From Clostridia bacterium (lineage in GTDB: Bacteria; Bacillota; Clostridia; Oscillospirales; Acutalibacteraceae): a DNA stretch of 64,000 bases. The stretch covers positions 46,639 through 110,638 of the forward strand of contig JAFYOI010000056.1 of assembly GCA_017560255.1 (NCBI GenBank), given 5' to 3'. The position numbers and the translations under genes are program-made. Shown piece after piece: positions 9,359 through 19,208 of this stretch; the stretch's first letter is position 1, and every line of letters begins with the position of its first letter. Under the pieces are notes generated by a model. The model saw nothing but the letters and a program-made list of their open reading frames with translations. It was not told the origin of the DNA and did not search any database.

Positions 9359-10573
9359 ATGAAAAAATTCGGCAGTACACACGTTGTTGCAATCGTATTT
9401 GCCATCATTATGGTTCTAGGAATATTGGGTTTTTTTAACCTCAATTCTTTCATCAAACCAGTTGGCGCCGCCATACTTTACGGTTGGGACAGTGAAAAAA
9501 CGGCATCACAAAATATAATAGCGATTGAGGATACGATCGAAAATACCGTCAACGAAAACATCGGTATGAAGACGTGGTTTATTCAGATTAACGGATTACT
9601 CAACAAAGTCATCGGCAAAAACACCATTGACGACGTTGACCCGTCATCAAAGGTTTACAAACTTGACAACGGCTATCTCTCTTTTGTCGCAGACAAAATC
9701 AGCGACGAAAATTTGCAGTCAAAAGCCAGTCATATCAGCGAACTCAACTCGTTCCTAAACGAGAAAAATATAGGATTCTTGTACGTTCAGGCACCGTATA
9801 AAATAGATGAATACGACCAAAAATTACCCGTCAGCGTCAAAGACTATTCCGTAAACAACGCACAAAGGCTGTGTTCAATGTTGAGCAGCAGCGGAGTAGA
9901 AACACTCAATCTTATCGACTTAATAAGAGAGCAGGACAAGGACTGGTACTCCCTTTATTTCAAAACCGACCACCATTGGAATAACGAGGCGGCATTCTGG
10001 GCATACGGAGAACTTGCAAAAAGACTTAACGCCGACTATGGTTTTGAAATCGATGAAAAACATTTCAATCCCGACAACTACACCATCAGGACTTATGAGG
10101 GCGGTTTCCTCGGTTCCCAAGGCAAACGTGTCGGCAGCACTTATGCGGGCGTAGACGATATAAACTTCTTTATTCCGAATTTTGAAACGTCCGTAACTTA
10201 TAAGCGAGATTCGCTGATATATGAAGGCAGTTTTGATGACGCTCTGTTGTTTGACGAAACAGGCATCACGGGAAGTATATTCAATGATTTCAGTTACGAA
10301 GCGAGTATGGGGGGAAATCACGCCCTTATTACCGTAACCAACCACATTGAAACAAACGGCAAAAAAGTTTTGCTCGTAAAAGACTCGTATGCAAATCCCG
10401 TTGCAACGCATCTTGCAATCAGCGTTTCGGAATTGGACGTTATCGACCTTCGTTATTTTGAAGCCGAAACGAATATGACTCTCACGGAATACATTAATCA
10501 GAGCAACCCCGACGTTGTCGTTATGTTGTATAACCCCAACGCTTTGAAGGACAACTCGTTCTTTAATTATTAG
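9359..10573 (+). CDS. DHHW family protein (AlgJ/AlgX-like SGNH-type O-acyltransferase component), membrane anchored
   Basis: N-terminal TM segment and the family signature FKTDHHWNNEA. Adjacent to an MBOAT gene. Confidence 0.8.
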   Translation: MKKFGSTHVVAIVFAIIMVLGILGFFNLNSFIKPVGAAILYGWDSEKTASQNIIAIEDTIENTVNENIGMKTWFIQINGLLNKVIGKNTIDDVDPSSKVYKLDNGYLSFVADKISDENLQSKASHISELNSFLNEKNIGFLYVQAPYKIDEYDQKLPVSVKDYSVNNAQRLCSMLSSSGVETLNLIDLIREQDKDWYSLYFKTDHHWNNEAAFWAYGELAKRLNADYGFEIDEKHFNPDNYTIRTYEGGFLGSQGKRVGSTYAGVDDINFFIPNFETSVTYKRDSLIYEGSFDDALLFDETGITGSIFNDFSYEASMGGNHALITVTNHIETNGKKVLLVKDSYANPVATHLAISVSELDVIDLRYFEAETNMTLTEYINQSNPDVVVMLYNPNALKDNSFFNY

Positions 10574-10590
10574 AGTTTGGAGAATAGATT

Positions 10591-12018
10591 ATGATTTTTT
10601 CAACTTCAATTTTCATTTTTGCTTTTCTGCCCGTCGTTTTGTTGGGTAACTTCGTTATATTCAAAAAATGGAGAACGGCACAAAACGTTTTTCTCTTACT
10701 CGCCTCCCTCTTCTTTTACGCTTGGGGCGAACCTGTTTTTGTGTTGATTATGCTTTTCTCTATCTTTGCAAACTGGCTGTTCGGTATGCTCGTCGTCAAA
10801 CGGACAAGCAAAAAATATCAATACACAATTCTTGCAATCACAGTGTTTGTAAACCTTGCGATTTTGTTCGTATTCAAATACCTTATGTTCACTCTCACAA
10901 ACATCAATGCACTTTTTGGAAGCGATATAACCGTCCCCTCAATAACACTCCCCATCGGTATTTCATTCTTTACGTTCCAGGCGATGAGTTACGTTATCGA
11001 CGTTTACAGAGGTCACGGTGAAATGCAGAAAAATCCGCTCAACGTAGGATTGTACGTTTCATTTTTTCCGCAACTTATCGCAGGCCCGATTGTACGATAC
11101 GAAACAATTGCGGATCAGATTAAAAACCGTGTTGAAACGCTTAACGACTTCTGTGAAGGTCTTTGCCGTTTTATCGTCGGTATGGCTAAAAAGATGCTCC
11201 TGTCCAATACGATGGCGGTTATCGCTGATGCAGCATTCAAAAACAATCTGACCGACGGCGGCACAATCTCCGTTGCATTTGCGTGGCTTGGTGCTATCGC
11301 CTACACTTTCCAGATTTTCTTTGACTTCTCGGGTTATTCGGATATGGCAATCGGACTTGGCAGAATGTTCGGTTTCCACTTCCTTGAAAACTTCGACTAT
11401 CCGTACATTTCCTCCTCCGTTTCGGAATTCTGGAGAAGATGGCACATCTCACTTGGCACTTGGTTCAGGGATTACGTATATATCCCACTTGGCGGAAACC
11501 GTGTAAAAACCAAGTTTAGACTGATTTTTAATCTTTTTGTAGTCTGGTTCCTTACGGGCGTATGGCACGGTGCAAACTGGACTTTCATCACGTGGGGTCT
11601 TATGTATTTCGTCCTGCTCATGTTCGAAAAACTCACCGGATTTGACAAAAAATCGTTCGGTATTATCGGCAATATATTAAGGAGAATTTACACTCTCCTC
11701 TTTGTAGTAATAGGCTGGGTTATCTTCCGTTCGGAAAGCCTTTCTTATGCAATTGAATACATAAAATCAATGTTCGGTATTGTAGGAAACGCGTTCAGCG
11801 AAGCGGCATTCCAACTCCATTTGTCAGAAAATATCGTGTTCCTTATCGCCGCTGTTGTATTCTCAATCCCCGTCACAAAGGCAATCTCAAAGAAACTAAG
11901 CAGCAAACCCGTTCTGTATGAAACGGTGCGCGCGGTGTCGCTTATTATCATTCTCATCCTCTCACTGTCCTACGTTACTAAAAACGCATACAATCCGTTC
12001 ATTTACTTCAATTTCTAA
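10591..12018 (+). CDS. MBOAT family O-acyltransferase (AlgI/DltB/PatA-like)
   Basis: 475 aa polytopic protein with FSGYSDMAIGL and FWRRWHISL (conserved MBOAT His) motifs. Confidence 0.9.
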   Translation: MIFSTSIFIFAFLPVVLLGNFVIFKKWRTAQNVFLLLASLFFYAWGEPVFVLIMLFSIFANWLFGMLVVKRTSKKYQYTILAITVFVNLAILFVFKYLMFTLTNINALFGSDITVPSITLPIGISFFTFQAMSYVIDVYRGHGEMQKNPLNVGLYVSFFPQLIAGPIVRYETIADQIKNRVETLNDFCEGLCRFIVGMAKKMLLSNTMAVIADAAFKNNLTDGGTISVAFAWLGAIAYTFQIFFDFSGYSDMAIGLGRMFGFHFLENFDYPYISSSVSEFWRRWHISLGTWFRDYVYIPLGGNRVKTKFRLIFNLFVVWFLTGVWHGANWTFITWGLMYFVLLMFEKLTGFDKKSFGIIGNILRRIYTLLFVVIGWVIFRSESLSYAIEYIKSMFGIVGNAFSEAAFQLHLSENIVFLIAAVVFSIPVTKAISKKLSSKPVLYETVRAVSLIIILILSLSYVTKNAYNPFIYFNF

Positions 12019-12034
12019 AAAAGGAGGAACGTAG

Positions 12035-13261
12035 ATGAAAAAAATTTGTAGCGCACACATTGTCGCAATAATTTTCGGCATTGTTTTAATCATCGGCATA
12101 AGCGGTTTTTTTAACGTAAAAACCTTCCTCAAGCCTATTTACAGCGCCCTGTTTTTCAGTTGGGACAGCGAAAAATCCGCAGGCAAAAACATATCGGCAA
12201 TCGAAAAAAATATTGAATCCATTATAAACGACAACGTCGGTATGAAAAACGAATATATTGAAATTAACGGACTTGCACAAAAACTTGTCGGCAAGAAACT
12301 CATTGAAGATGCCGACGTTTCGTCAAGAGTAATAAAACTCAAAAATGGTCACGTCACATTTGCGTGGACTCGACTGAGCGATGAAATTATCAACGACAGT
12401 GCGGACAAAATTACGGGACTTAAAGAGTTCCTTGACGACAGAGGAACGGACTTTCTATTCGTGCAATCTCCGTACAAAAACGATGACCAAAATCCACTGT
12501 TTCCCGTAGGTATTGAGGATTATTCAATCGACAATTCGATGAGATTTGTTTCAGCGCTTCGCGAAAAGAATATCAATACGTTAAACCTCATTGACCGCAT
12601 ACGTGAAGACAATCTCGATTGGTACAGCCTTTTCTTCAAAACCGACCACCATTGGACTAATGAAGCAGGATTCTGGGCTTACGGTGAACTTGCACAATAT
12701 ATGAACGACAACTTCGGTTACAACATTGACCGGAATTCCTGGGACATCAACAACTACACTGTAAGAACCTATGAAGGTGCTTTCCTCGGTTCACAGGGCA
12801 AAAGAACGGGTAGTCTTTTTGCCGGAGTTGACGATATCAGTTTTCTGATTCCAAAATTTGAAACTTCACTTGTTTACAACAATGAAATCAAGGGAATTTA
12901 TCGCACGGGTACGTTCGAGCAGACTCTGCTTTTTGAAAAAGAAAACATCTCCGGCAGTCTGTACGATGATTTCTGCTATGCGGCAAGTCTCAACGGAGAT
13001 TTCGGCCTGCTCAAACTAACCAACAATCTTGACACAAGCGGCAAAAAGGTAATGATTATCAAGGATTCATTTGCAAACCCAGTAATCACTTTCCTCGCCC
13101 CCAACGTTTCGGAAATCACCGTTGTTGATATGCGACTTCTCAAGGGCGAAACAGGAAAAACATTGCGCGAAGTAATTGAAGAAAGCAATCCCGATACGGT
13201 TATAATGTTATATAACCACTCACAGATATCAAAGCCCGAATGTTTTGACTTCGGCATTTAA
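12035..13261 (+). CDS. DHHW family protein, paralog of 9359..10573
   Basis: FKTDHHWTNEA motif and the same architecture. About half of the N-terminal residues are identical to the first copy by eye. Confidence 0.8.
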   Translation: MKKICSAHIVAIIFGIVLIIGISGFFNVKTFLKPIYSALFFSWDSEKSAGKNISAIEKNIESIINDNVGMKNEYIEINGLAQKLVGKKLIEDADVSSRVIKLKNGHVTFAWTRLSDEIINDSADKITGLKEFLDDRGTDFLFVQSPYKNDDQNPLFPVGIEDYSIDNSMRFVSALREKNINTLNLIDRIREDNLDWYSLFFKTDHHWTNEAGFWAYGELAQYMNDNFGYNIDRNSWDINNYTVRTYEGAFLGSQGKRTGSLFAGVDDISFLIPKFETSLVYNNEIKGIYRTGTFEQTLLFEKENISGSLYDDFCYAASLNGDFGLLKLTNNLDTSGKKVMIIKDSFANPVITFLAPNVSEITVVDMRLLKGETGKTLREVIEESNPDTVIMLYNHSQISKPECFDFGI

Positions 13262-13280
13262 AATCAAAACACAAAACAAA

Positions 13281-13320
13281 AACCGCATTACGAACAAATC
13301 GTAATGCGGTTAATTTTTTT
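13281..13320. terminator. bidirectional intrinsic terminator (DHHW operon / ilvC convergent)
   Basis: Stem AACCGCATTACG / CGTAATGCGGTT followed by T7. Confidence 0.8.
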
Positions 13321-13345
13321 ATTCAGTTAACGGGGTTATGTACGA

Positions 13346-14434
<1,089 letters not shown>

Positions 14435-14495
14435 TTAACATTTTATAACAATAAAGCACAAAAATCAAGTGTTTCTGTATAAATAATTTAACGCT

Positions 14496-14981
14496 TTAAA
14501 TTACTGTATGTCCGCTTTCAACGGCAATTGCTCCCGTACGGACGGTTTCCTTGATTCCATATGGACGGACAAGGGACATAAATACCTCCGTCCTTTCGGG
14601 CGTGTCGGCAAATTCAAGGGTAAGCGAATTCTTTGAAACGTCAACGATTCTAGCGCCCATAAGTTCGGCAAGTTTCATAAGTTCGGGCCTTGTCTTTGCG
14701 CTTGCGGAAACTTTTACAAGGGAGAGTGTACGGCTGATATATCCGCCCTCCTCCAAAGTTTTTACCTTGATAATAGGGATGAGTTTATTGAGTTGTTTCT
14801 CAACCTGCTCAATAATGTAACTGTCACCGTTTACAACGATAGTGATTCGGGAAATGCTCTTATCCTCCGTCGTACCAACGGCAAGGCTGTCAATATTGAA
14901 ACCTCGCCTTGAGAAAAGTCCGACAACCTTGGAGAGAACACCCGGCTGATTTTCAACGAGTACGCTGATTGTACGCATCAT
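14496..14981 (-). CDS. ilvN: acetolactate synthase small (regulatory) subunit
   Basis: The ACT-domain N-terminus MRTISVLVENQPGVLSKVVGLFSRRGFNIDSL. GGAGAG RBS upstream, and the gene follows ilvB. Confidence 0.92.
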   Translation of the reverse strand: MMRTISVLVENQPGVLSKVVGLFSRRGFNIDSLAVGTTEDKSISRITIVVNGDSYIIEQVEKQLNKLIPIIKVKTLEEGGYISRTLSLVKVSASAKTRPELMKLAELMGARIVDVSKNSLTLEFADTPERTEVFMSLVRPYGIKETVRTGAIAVESGHTVI

Positions 14982-14998
14982 AGCAATCTCTCCTTTCC

Positions 14999-16633
14999 TT
15001 ATAACGACGGCTGCTCGGAGGAAACCATACACTGAAGAAGGTACGGGCCCTTTGCAGCGAGCAATTCGTTTACTGCGCCCTCAATCTCATCGTTTGAGCC
15101 GATTGAACGGGCGGGAATTCCGTAAGCATTTGCAAGAGCAACAAAGTCGGGACTGCCGTCAAGGTTTGAGGCAATATGCCTGCTCTTATACAAATTCTTC
15201 TGAATTTCTCTTATCATTCCGAGGTTTTTATTTCTCATAATGACGATTTTTACGTCAATGCCGTGCTGTACCAGAGTTGCAAGTTCCATCATCTGCATCT
15301 GGAACGAACCGTCACCGCAGATTGCAACAACGGGCACGTCGGGTTTTGCAAGTTTTGCACCGATTGCCGCACCAACGGAGTACCCCATTGTACCCATACC
15401 GCCGGAGTTGAGCAACCTACCCTCTTTTACTTCAAAATGGTTACAGGTCCAGATCTGATTCTGTCCTACGTCAGCGGCAACAACGGAATCCTCGGGCATC
15501 TTGTCAGAAAGCGCTTTGAGAAATTTAACGGGATTTACAAAGCCCTCAATATCCGCTCTGCTTTCAAGATTTCTCTTGTATTCACGTTTATATTCCTTGA
15601 CTTCCTCTTTCCACTCATCAGGACATACGTAATCGCATTTGTCGGAGATTTCGGAAAGAATAATCTTCGCATCGCCTACTATGGGCACGAATACCTTGAC
15701 GTTCTTGCCGATTTCGGCAGGGTCAACGTCGATATGTACGATTTTTGCACCCTCAAAAACAGCCTGCGGAGATTTTACCGCACGGTCACCTACACGCGCA
15801 CCGATAATAATAACGGTATCCGCGTTTGAAACCGCTTTGTTTGCCGCAGGTGTGCCATGCATACCGATCATGCCGATAAACGAATCGTGATTGGACGGCA
15901 TGGCGCTAAGACCCATCATAGTGCTTACAACGGGGATTCCCGTCTTTTCCGCAAACGCCCTCAACTCATCGCACGCCTTTGCGTTGATGATACCGCCACC
16001 TATGCAGATTACGGGTTTCTTTGCGCCCTCAATTACGGAAAGTGCCTTTTTAACCTGAAGCGGATTGCCCTTTGTGCTGGGCTTGTAGCCGATGATATTA
16101 ACCTTTTCGGGATATTCAAAATTATCAAGTTCATCAAGTTGAACGTCCATCGGAACGTCAATGAGAACGGGGCCCGGACGGCCCGTTGAAGCGATGTGGA
16201 ACGCCTCCTTGAAAATCCTCGGAATTTCGTTTGCGTCCTTTATGAGATAACTGTGTTTTACAAAAGGCTCAACGGATCCCGTTATGTCAACCTCCTGAAA
16301 AACGTCCTTGCCAAGTTGATCGCGCCTTACCTGTCCCGTAATTGCAACAATCGGAACAGAGTCAAGGTATGCAGTCGCTATCGCGGTTATGAGATTTGTC
16401 GCGCCGGGACCGGATGTGACCACGCATACGCCCACCTTTCCGGAAATTCTTGCATATCCGCTTGCTTCGTGGCCGGCGTTCTGCTCCTGACGTACGAGAA
16501 CGTGACTGATTGAACCGTCCTCATATACCGCGTCGTAAAACGGGCATATTACCGCGCCGGGATAGCCAAACATAACCGAAACGCCCTCTTTTTTGAGGCA
16601 TTCGACCATTGCCTGAGCACCGTTTATCATCAT
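14999..16633 (-). CDS. ilvB: acetolactate synthase large (catalytic) subunit
   Basis: 544 aa ThDP enzyme (GYPGAVICPFYDA, GDGSFQM..EL). Confidence 0.95.
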   Translation of the reverse strand: MMINGAQAMVECLKKEGVSVMFGYPGAVICPFYDAVYEDGSISHVLVRQEQNAGHEASGYARISGKVGVCVVTSGPGATNLITAIATAYLDSVPIVAITGQVRRDQLGKDVFQEVDITGSVEPFVKHSYLIKDANEIPRIFKEAFHIASTGRPGPVLIDVPMDVQLDELDNFEYPEKVNIIGYKPSTKGNPLQVKKALSVIEGAKKPVICIGGGIINAKACDELRAFAEKTGIPVVSTMMGLSAMPSNHDSFIGMIGMHGTPAANKAVSNADTVIIIGARVGDRAVKSPQAVFEGAKIVHIDVDPAEIGKNVKVFVPIVGDAKIILSEISDKCDYVCPDEWKEEVKEYKREYKRNLESRADIEGFVNPVKFLKALSDKMPEDSVVAADVGQNQIWTCNHFEVKEGRLLNSGGMGTMGYSVGAAIGAKLAKPDVPVVAICGDGSFQMQMMELATLVQHGIDVKIVIMRNKNLGMIREIQKNLYKSRHIASNLDGSPDFVALANAYGIPARSIGSNDEIEGAVNELLAAKGPYLLQCMVSSEQPSL

Positions 16634-16675
16634 AACCCCTCCTATTCCATAAATTTCGAGATAAACATACGTCCC

Positions 16676-16704
16676 ATTTTACCACAATGAACCGAATTAT
16701 TCAA
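16676..16704 (-). promoter_or_regulatory. ilvBNC promoter (TTGAAT-17-TAAAAT with extended TGTGG)
   Basis: The reverse complement reads TTGAATAATTCGGTTCATTGTGGTAAAAT. The leader is only about 45 nt, leaving no room for a T-box. Confidence 0.5.
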
Positions 16705-16758
16705 TAGCACTTACCCTATGAATTTATAAAAAATTTATATATTTTTTTGTATATTGGG

Positions 16759-16788
16759 TTTGCCTTTATGCTAATTTTGTGGTATGAT
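16759..16788 (+). promoter_or_regulatory. ddl-murI promoter (TTGCCT-18-TATGAT, extended -10)
   Basis: TTGCCTTTATGCTAATTTTGTGGTATGAT. Confidence 0.45.
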
Positions 16789-16875
16789 AGCAAAAGGTGT
16801 GCATATTTTTAATATTTTGGTATTAAATCACATATATTTTACGGCACAACATTTCATTTGATGGGGGTAAAAACT

Positions 16876-17943
16876 ATGAGCAAAAAAAGTGTTGCCGTTA
16901 TCTTCGGAGGCGTTTCCTCCGAGCACGACGTTTCTCTTGCTTCGGCTGAAAACGTAATCAACAGCATTCCCACTGACAAATACGACGTTTACAAAATTGG
17001 AATTACAAAGGATGGACGCTGGTTTAAATACGACGGTCCGACAGACCTTAAAAACTCAAAATGGGAAAGTCACGAAAGTTGCGTCAGCGCGTGTATCCTT
17101 CCTGACAGGGCAAAAAAAGGTATCACTGTTTTTGAAAAAGACGGCGTAAAAATAATTGAAATTGACTGCGTATTCCCCGTACTCCACGGCAAGAACGGAG
17201 AGGACGGCACTATGCAGGGGCTTATGGAACTTGCGGGTATTCCCTGCGTTGGTTGCGATATGATAAGTTCCGCTATGAGTATGGATAAAGCAGTTACAAA
17301 CACGATTATGGATTATGCGGGCATTCCCCAGGCAAAATGGCTTGCGGTTACAAAGTACGATTACAACAAAGCCGCAGATTCCTTCCTTAAAAAAGCGGAA
17401 GAATATCTCGGCTTCCCGATTTTCGTAAAGCCCGCGTGTGCCGGTTCATCGGTAGGCGTATCAAAGGCGGCTGATTTTGAGGCATTGCGTAAGGCGATTG
17501 ACGTTGCGTTTGAACACGGAAACAAGGTTGTGCTCGAACAGACAATTGTCGGACGTGAGATTGAATGCGCCGTACTCGGCAACGATGAGTTGCAGGTTGC
17601 AACACCGTGTGAGATTATTCCCGGCAGTGAATTCTACGACTACGATTCAAAATATATTGACGATACAACTAAAATCGACATCGTTGCAAAACTCACCGCA
17701 GAGCAGGTCGAGAAACTAAAATCACTTGCAAAGAAAACCTACAAAGCGCTCGGATGCAGCGGTATGTCAAGGGTTGATTTCTTCGTGAGCGATGACGGCT
17801 TGAGTATGTTTATGAACGAAGTCAACACAATCCCCGGATTTACACAAATCAGTATGTATCCAAAAATGTTTGAGAATGCGGGCAAGCCATACAGCGAACT
17901 CGTTTCCGAACTGATTGAACTTGCAATTGAAAGAAGCAAATAA
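16876..17943 (+). CDS. ddl: D-alanine--D-alanine ligase
   Basis: MSKKSVAVIFGGVSSEHDVSL..., ATP-grasp fold, C-terminal EVNTIPGFT. Start is at ATG 16876 after GGGGG. Confidence 0.95.
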   Translation: MSKKSVAVIFGGVSSEHDVSLASAENVINSIPTDKYDVYKIGITKDGRWFKYDGPTDLKNSKWESHESCVSACILPDRAKKGITVFEKDGVKIIEIDCVFPVLHGKNGEDGTMQGLMELAGIPCVGCDMISSAMSMDKAVTNTIMDYAGIPQAKWLAVTKYDYNKAADSFLKKAEEYLGFPIFVKPACAGSSVGVSKAADFEALRKAIDVAFEHGNKVVLEQTIVGREIECAVLGNDELQVATPCEIIPGSEFYDYDSKYIDDTTKIDIVAKLTAEQVEKLKSLAKKTYKALGCSGMSRVDFFVSDDGLSMFMNEVNTIPGFTQISMYPKMFENAGKPYSELVSELIELAIERSK

Positions 17944-17949
17944 AACGGA

Positions 17950-18771
17950 GTGGTAAATTTGAGCGATAACAGACCGATAGGCGTTTTTGACTCGGGTCTC
18001 GGCGGGCTGACCGTCGTGCGAGAGATGCAAAAAGCAATGCCGGACGAGAGCATTGTATATTTCGGTGACACAGGCCGCGTACCTTATGGTACAAAAAGCC
18101 GCGACACAATCAAATTATACGCAAAACAGGATATTGAATTTCTCCTAAAAAACAACGTGAAGGCAATTGTTGCCGCTTGCGGTACGGTAAGTTCCGTTGC
18201 ACTTCCTGAAATCACTGCACTCCCCGTGCCGATTGAGGGCGTGGTTGTACCGTCCGCTATTGCGGCAGTAAGGAAAACAAGGAACGGTAAAATAGGAGTT
18301 ATCGGCACAAGCGCCACTATCAACAGCGGCGCTTACCGAAGTGAAATTAAGGCACGTATGCCCGAGGCGGAGATTTTTGAAACCGCTTGCCCTCTCTTTG
18401 TCCCCATAGTTGAGGCGGGCTGGATTAACCGCGATGATGAAATTGCAATATTAACCGCAAAAAGATATCTCGCCCCACTTAAAGAAAAGGGTGTTGATAC
18501 ACTCATCCTCGGTTGTACCCACTTCCCCTTGCTTTCCGACATCATCGGCGACGTTATGGGCGAAGGAGTAACACTGATTGATACGGGCTACGAGGCGGCG
18601 CATTACGTACTTGATATGCTCGATAAAAAAGGCCTCAAGAGTGACGGCACACAGAGCAAAAATCAGTTCTTTGTCAGCGACAGAGTGGATGATTTTTCGT
18701 CCATGGCGTCAATCTTGTTGGGAAAGGATATCTCGGACGCCCTTCGCAAAGCGTCGGTCGATACACTTTAA
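17950..18771 (+). CDS. murI: glutamate racemase
   Basis: IGVFDSGLGGLTV, VAACGTVSS and LGCTHFPLL motifs. GTG start. Confidence 0.95.
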   Translation: MVNLSDNRPIGVFDSGLGGLTVVREMQKAMPDESIVYFGDTGRVPYGTKSRDTIKLYAKQDIEFLLKNNVKAIVAACGTVSSVALPEITALPVPIEGVVVPSAIAAVRKTRNGKIGVIGTSATINSGAYRSEIKARMPEAEIFETACPLFVPIVEAGWINRDDEIAILTAKRYLAPLKEKGVDTLILGCTHFPLLSDIIGDVMGEGVTLIDTGYEAAHYVLDMLDKKGLKSDGTQSKNQFFVSDRVDDFSSMASILLGKDISDALRKASVDTL

Positions 18772-18782
18772 AAGGAGTAACA

Positions 18783-19208
18783 ATGGACAAGCAGTATATA
18801 ATCAAAACAACGGGCACTCGTATTGAGGGTGACCAGAAAGAACAATTTGAAGTTATCGCAAGAGGAAATTACTCTTACGAAAATAACGAACAAATAATTT
18901 CTTACACCGAATGCGGTGGCGAACTTGACGGTTGTCAGACAAGAATCACCGTCAGGGGCAAAAACTGCGTTGAAACCTTGCGTCAGGGTGACTATACAAT
19001 GCAGTTGATTGCCGAAAAGCAAAAAAGGCATATGTGTTGCTACGATACGCCCTACGGCAGTATGGTGCTGGGCGTTTTCTGTAACAACGTTTCAAGCAAA
19101 CTCGGAAAAAACGGAGGAGAGATTGAATTTTCTTACACACTTGACGTAAACTCCGCTCTTCTGAGCGAAAATAAAGTAAAAATCACCGTTAAGGAGGCTG
19201 TTAACTGA
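18783..19208 (+). CDS. DUF1934 domain-containing protein (YwiB-like)
   Basis: 141 aa. The position immediately upstream of argS is typical for DUF1934 in Firmicutes. Confidence 0.7.
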   Translation: MDKQYIIKTTGTRIEGDQKEQFEVIARGNYSYENNEQIISYTECGGELDGCQTRITVRGKNCVETLRQGDYTMQLIAEKQKRHMCCYDTPYGSMVLGVFCNNVSSKLGKNGGEIEFSYTLDVNSALLSENKVKITVKEAVN

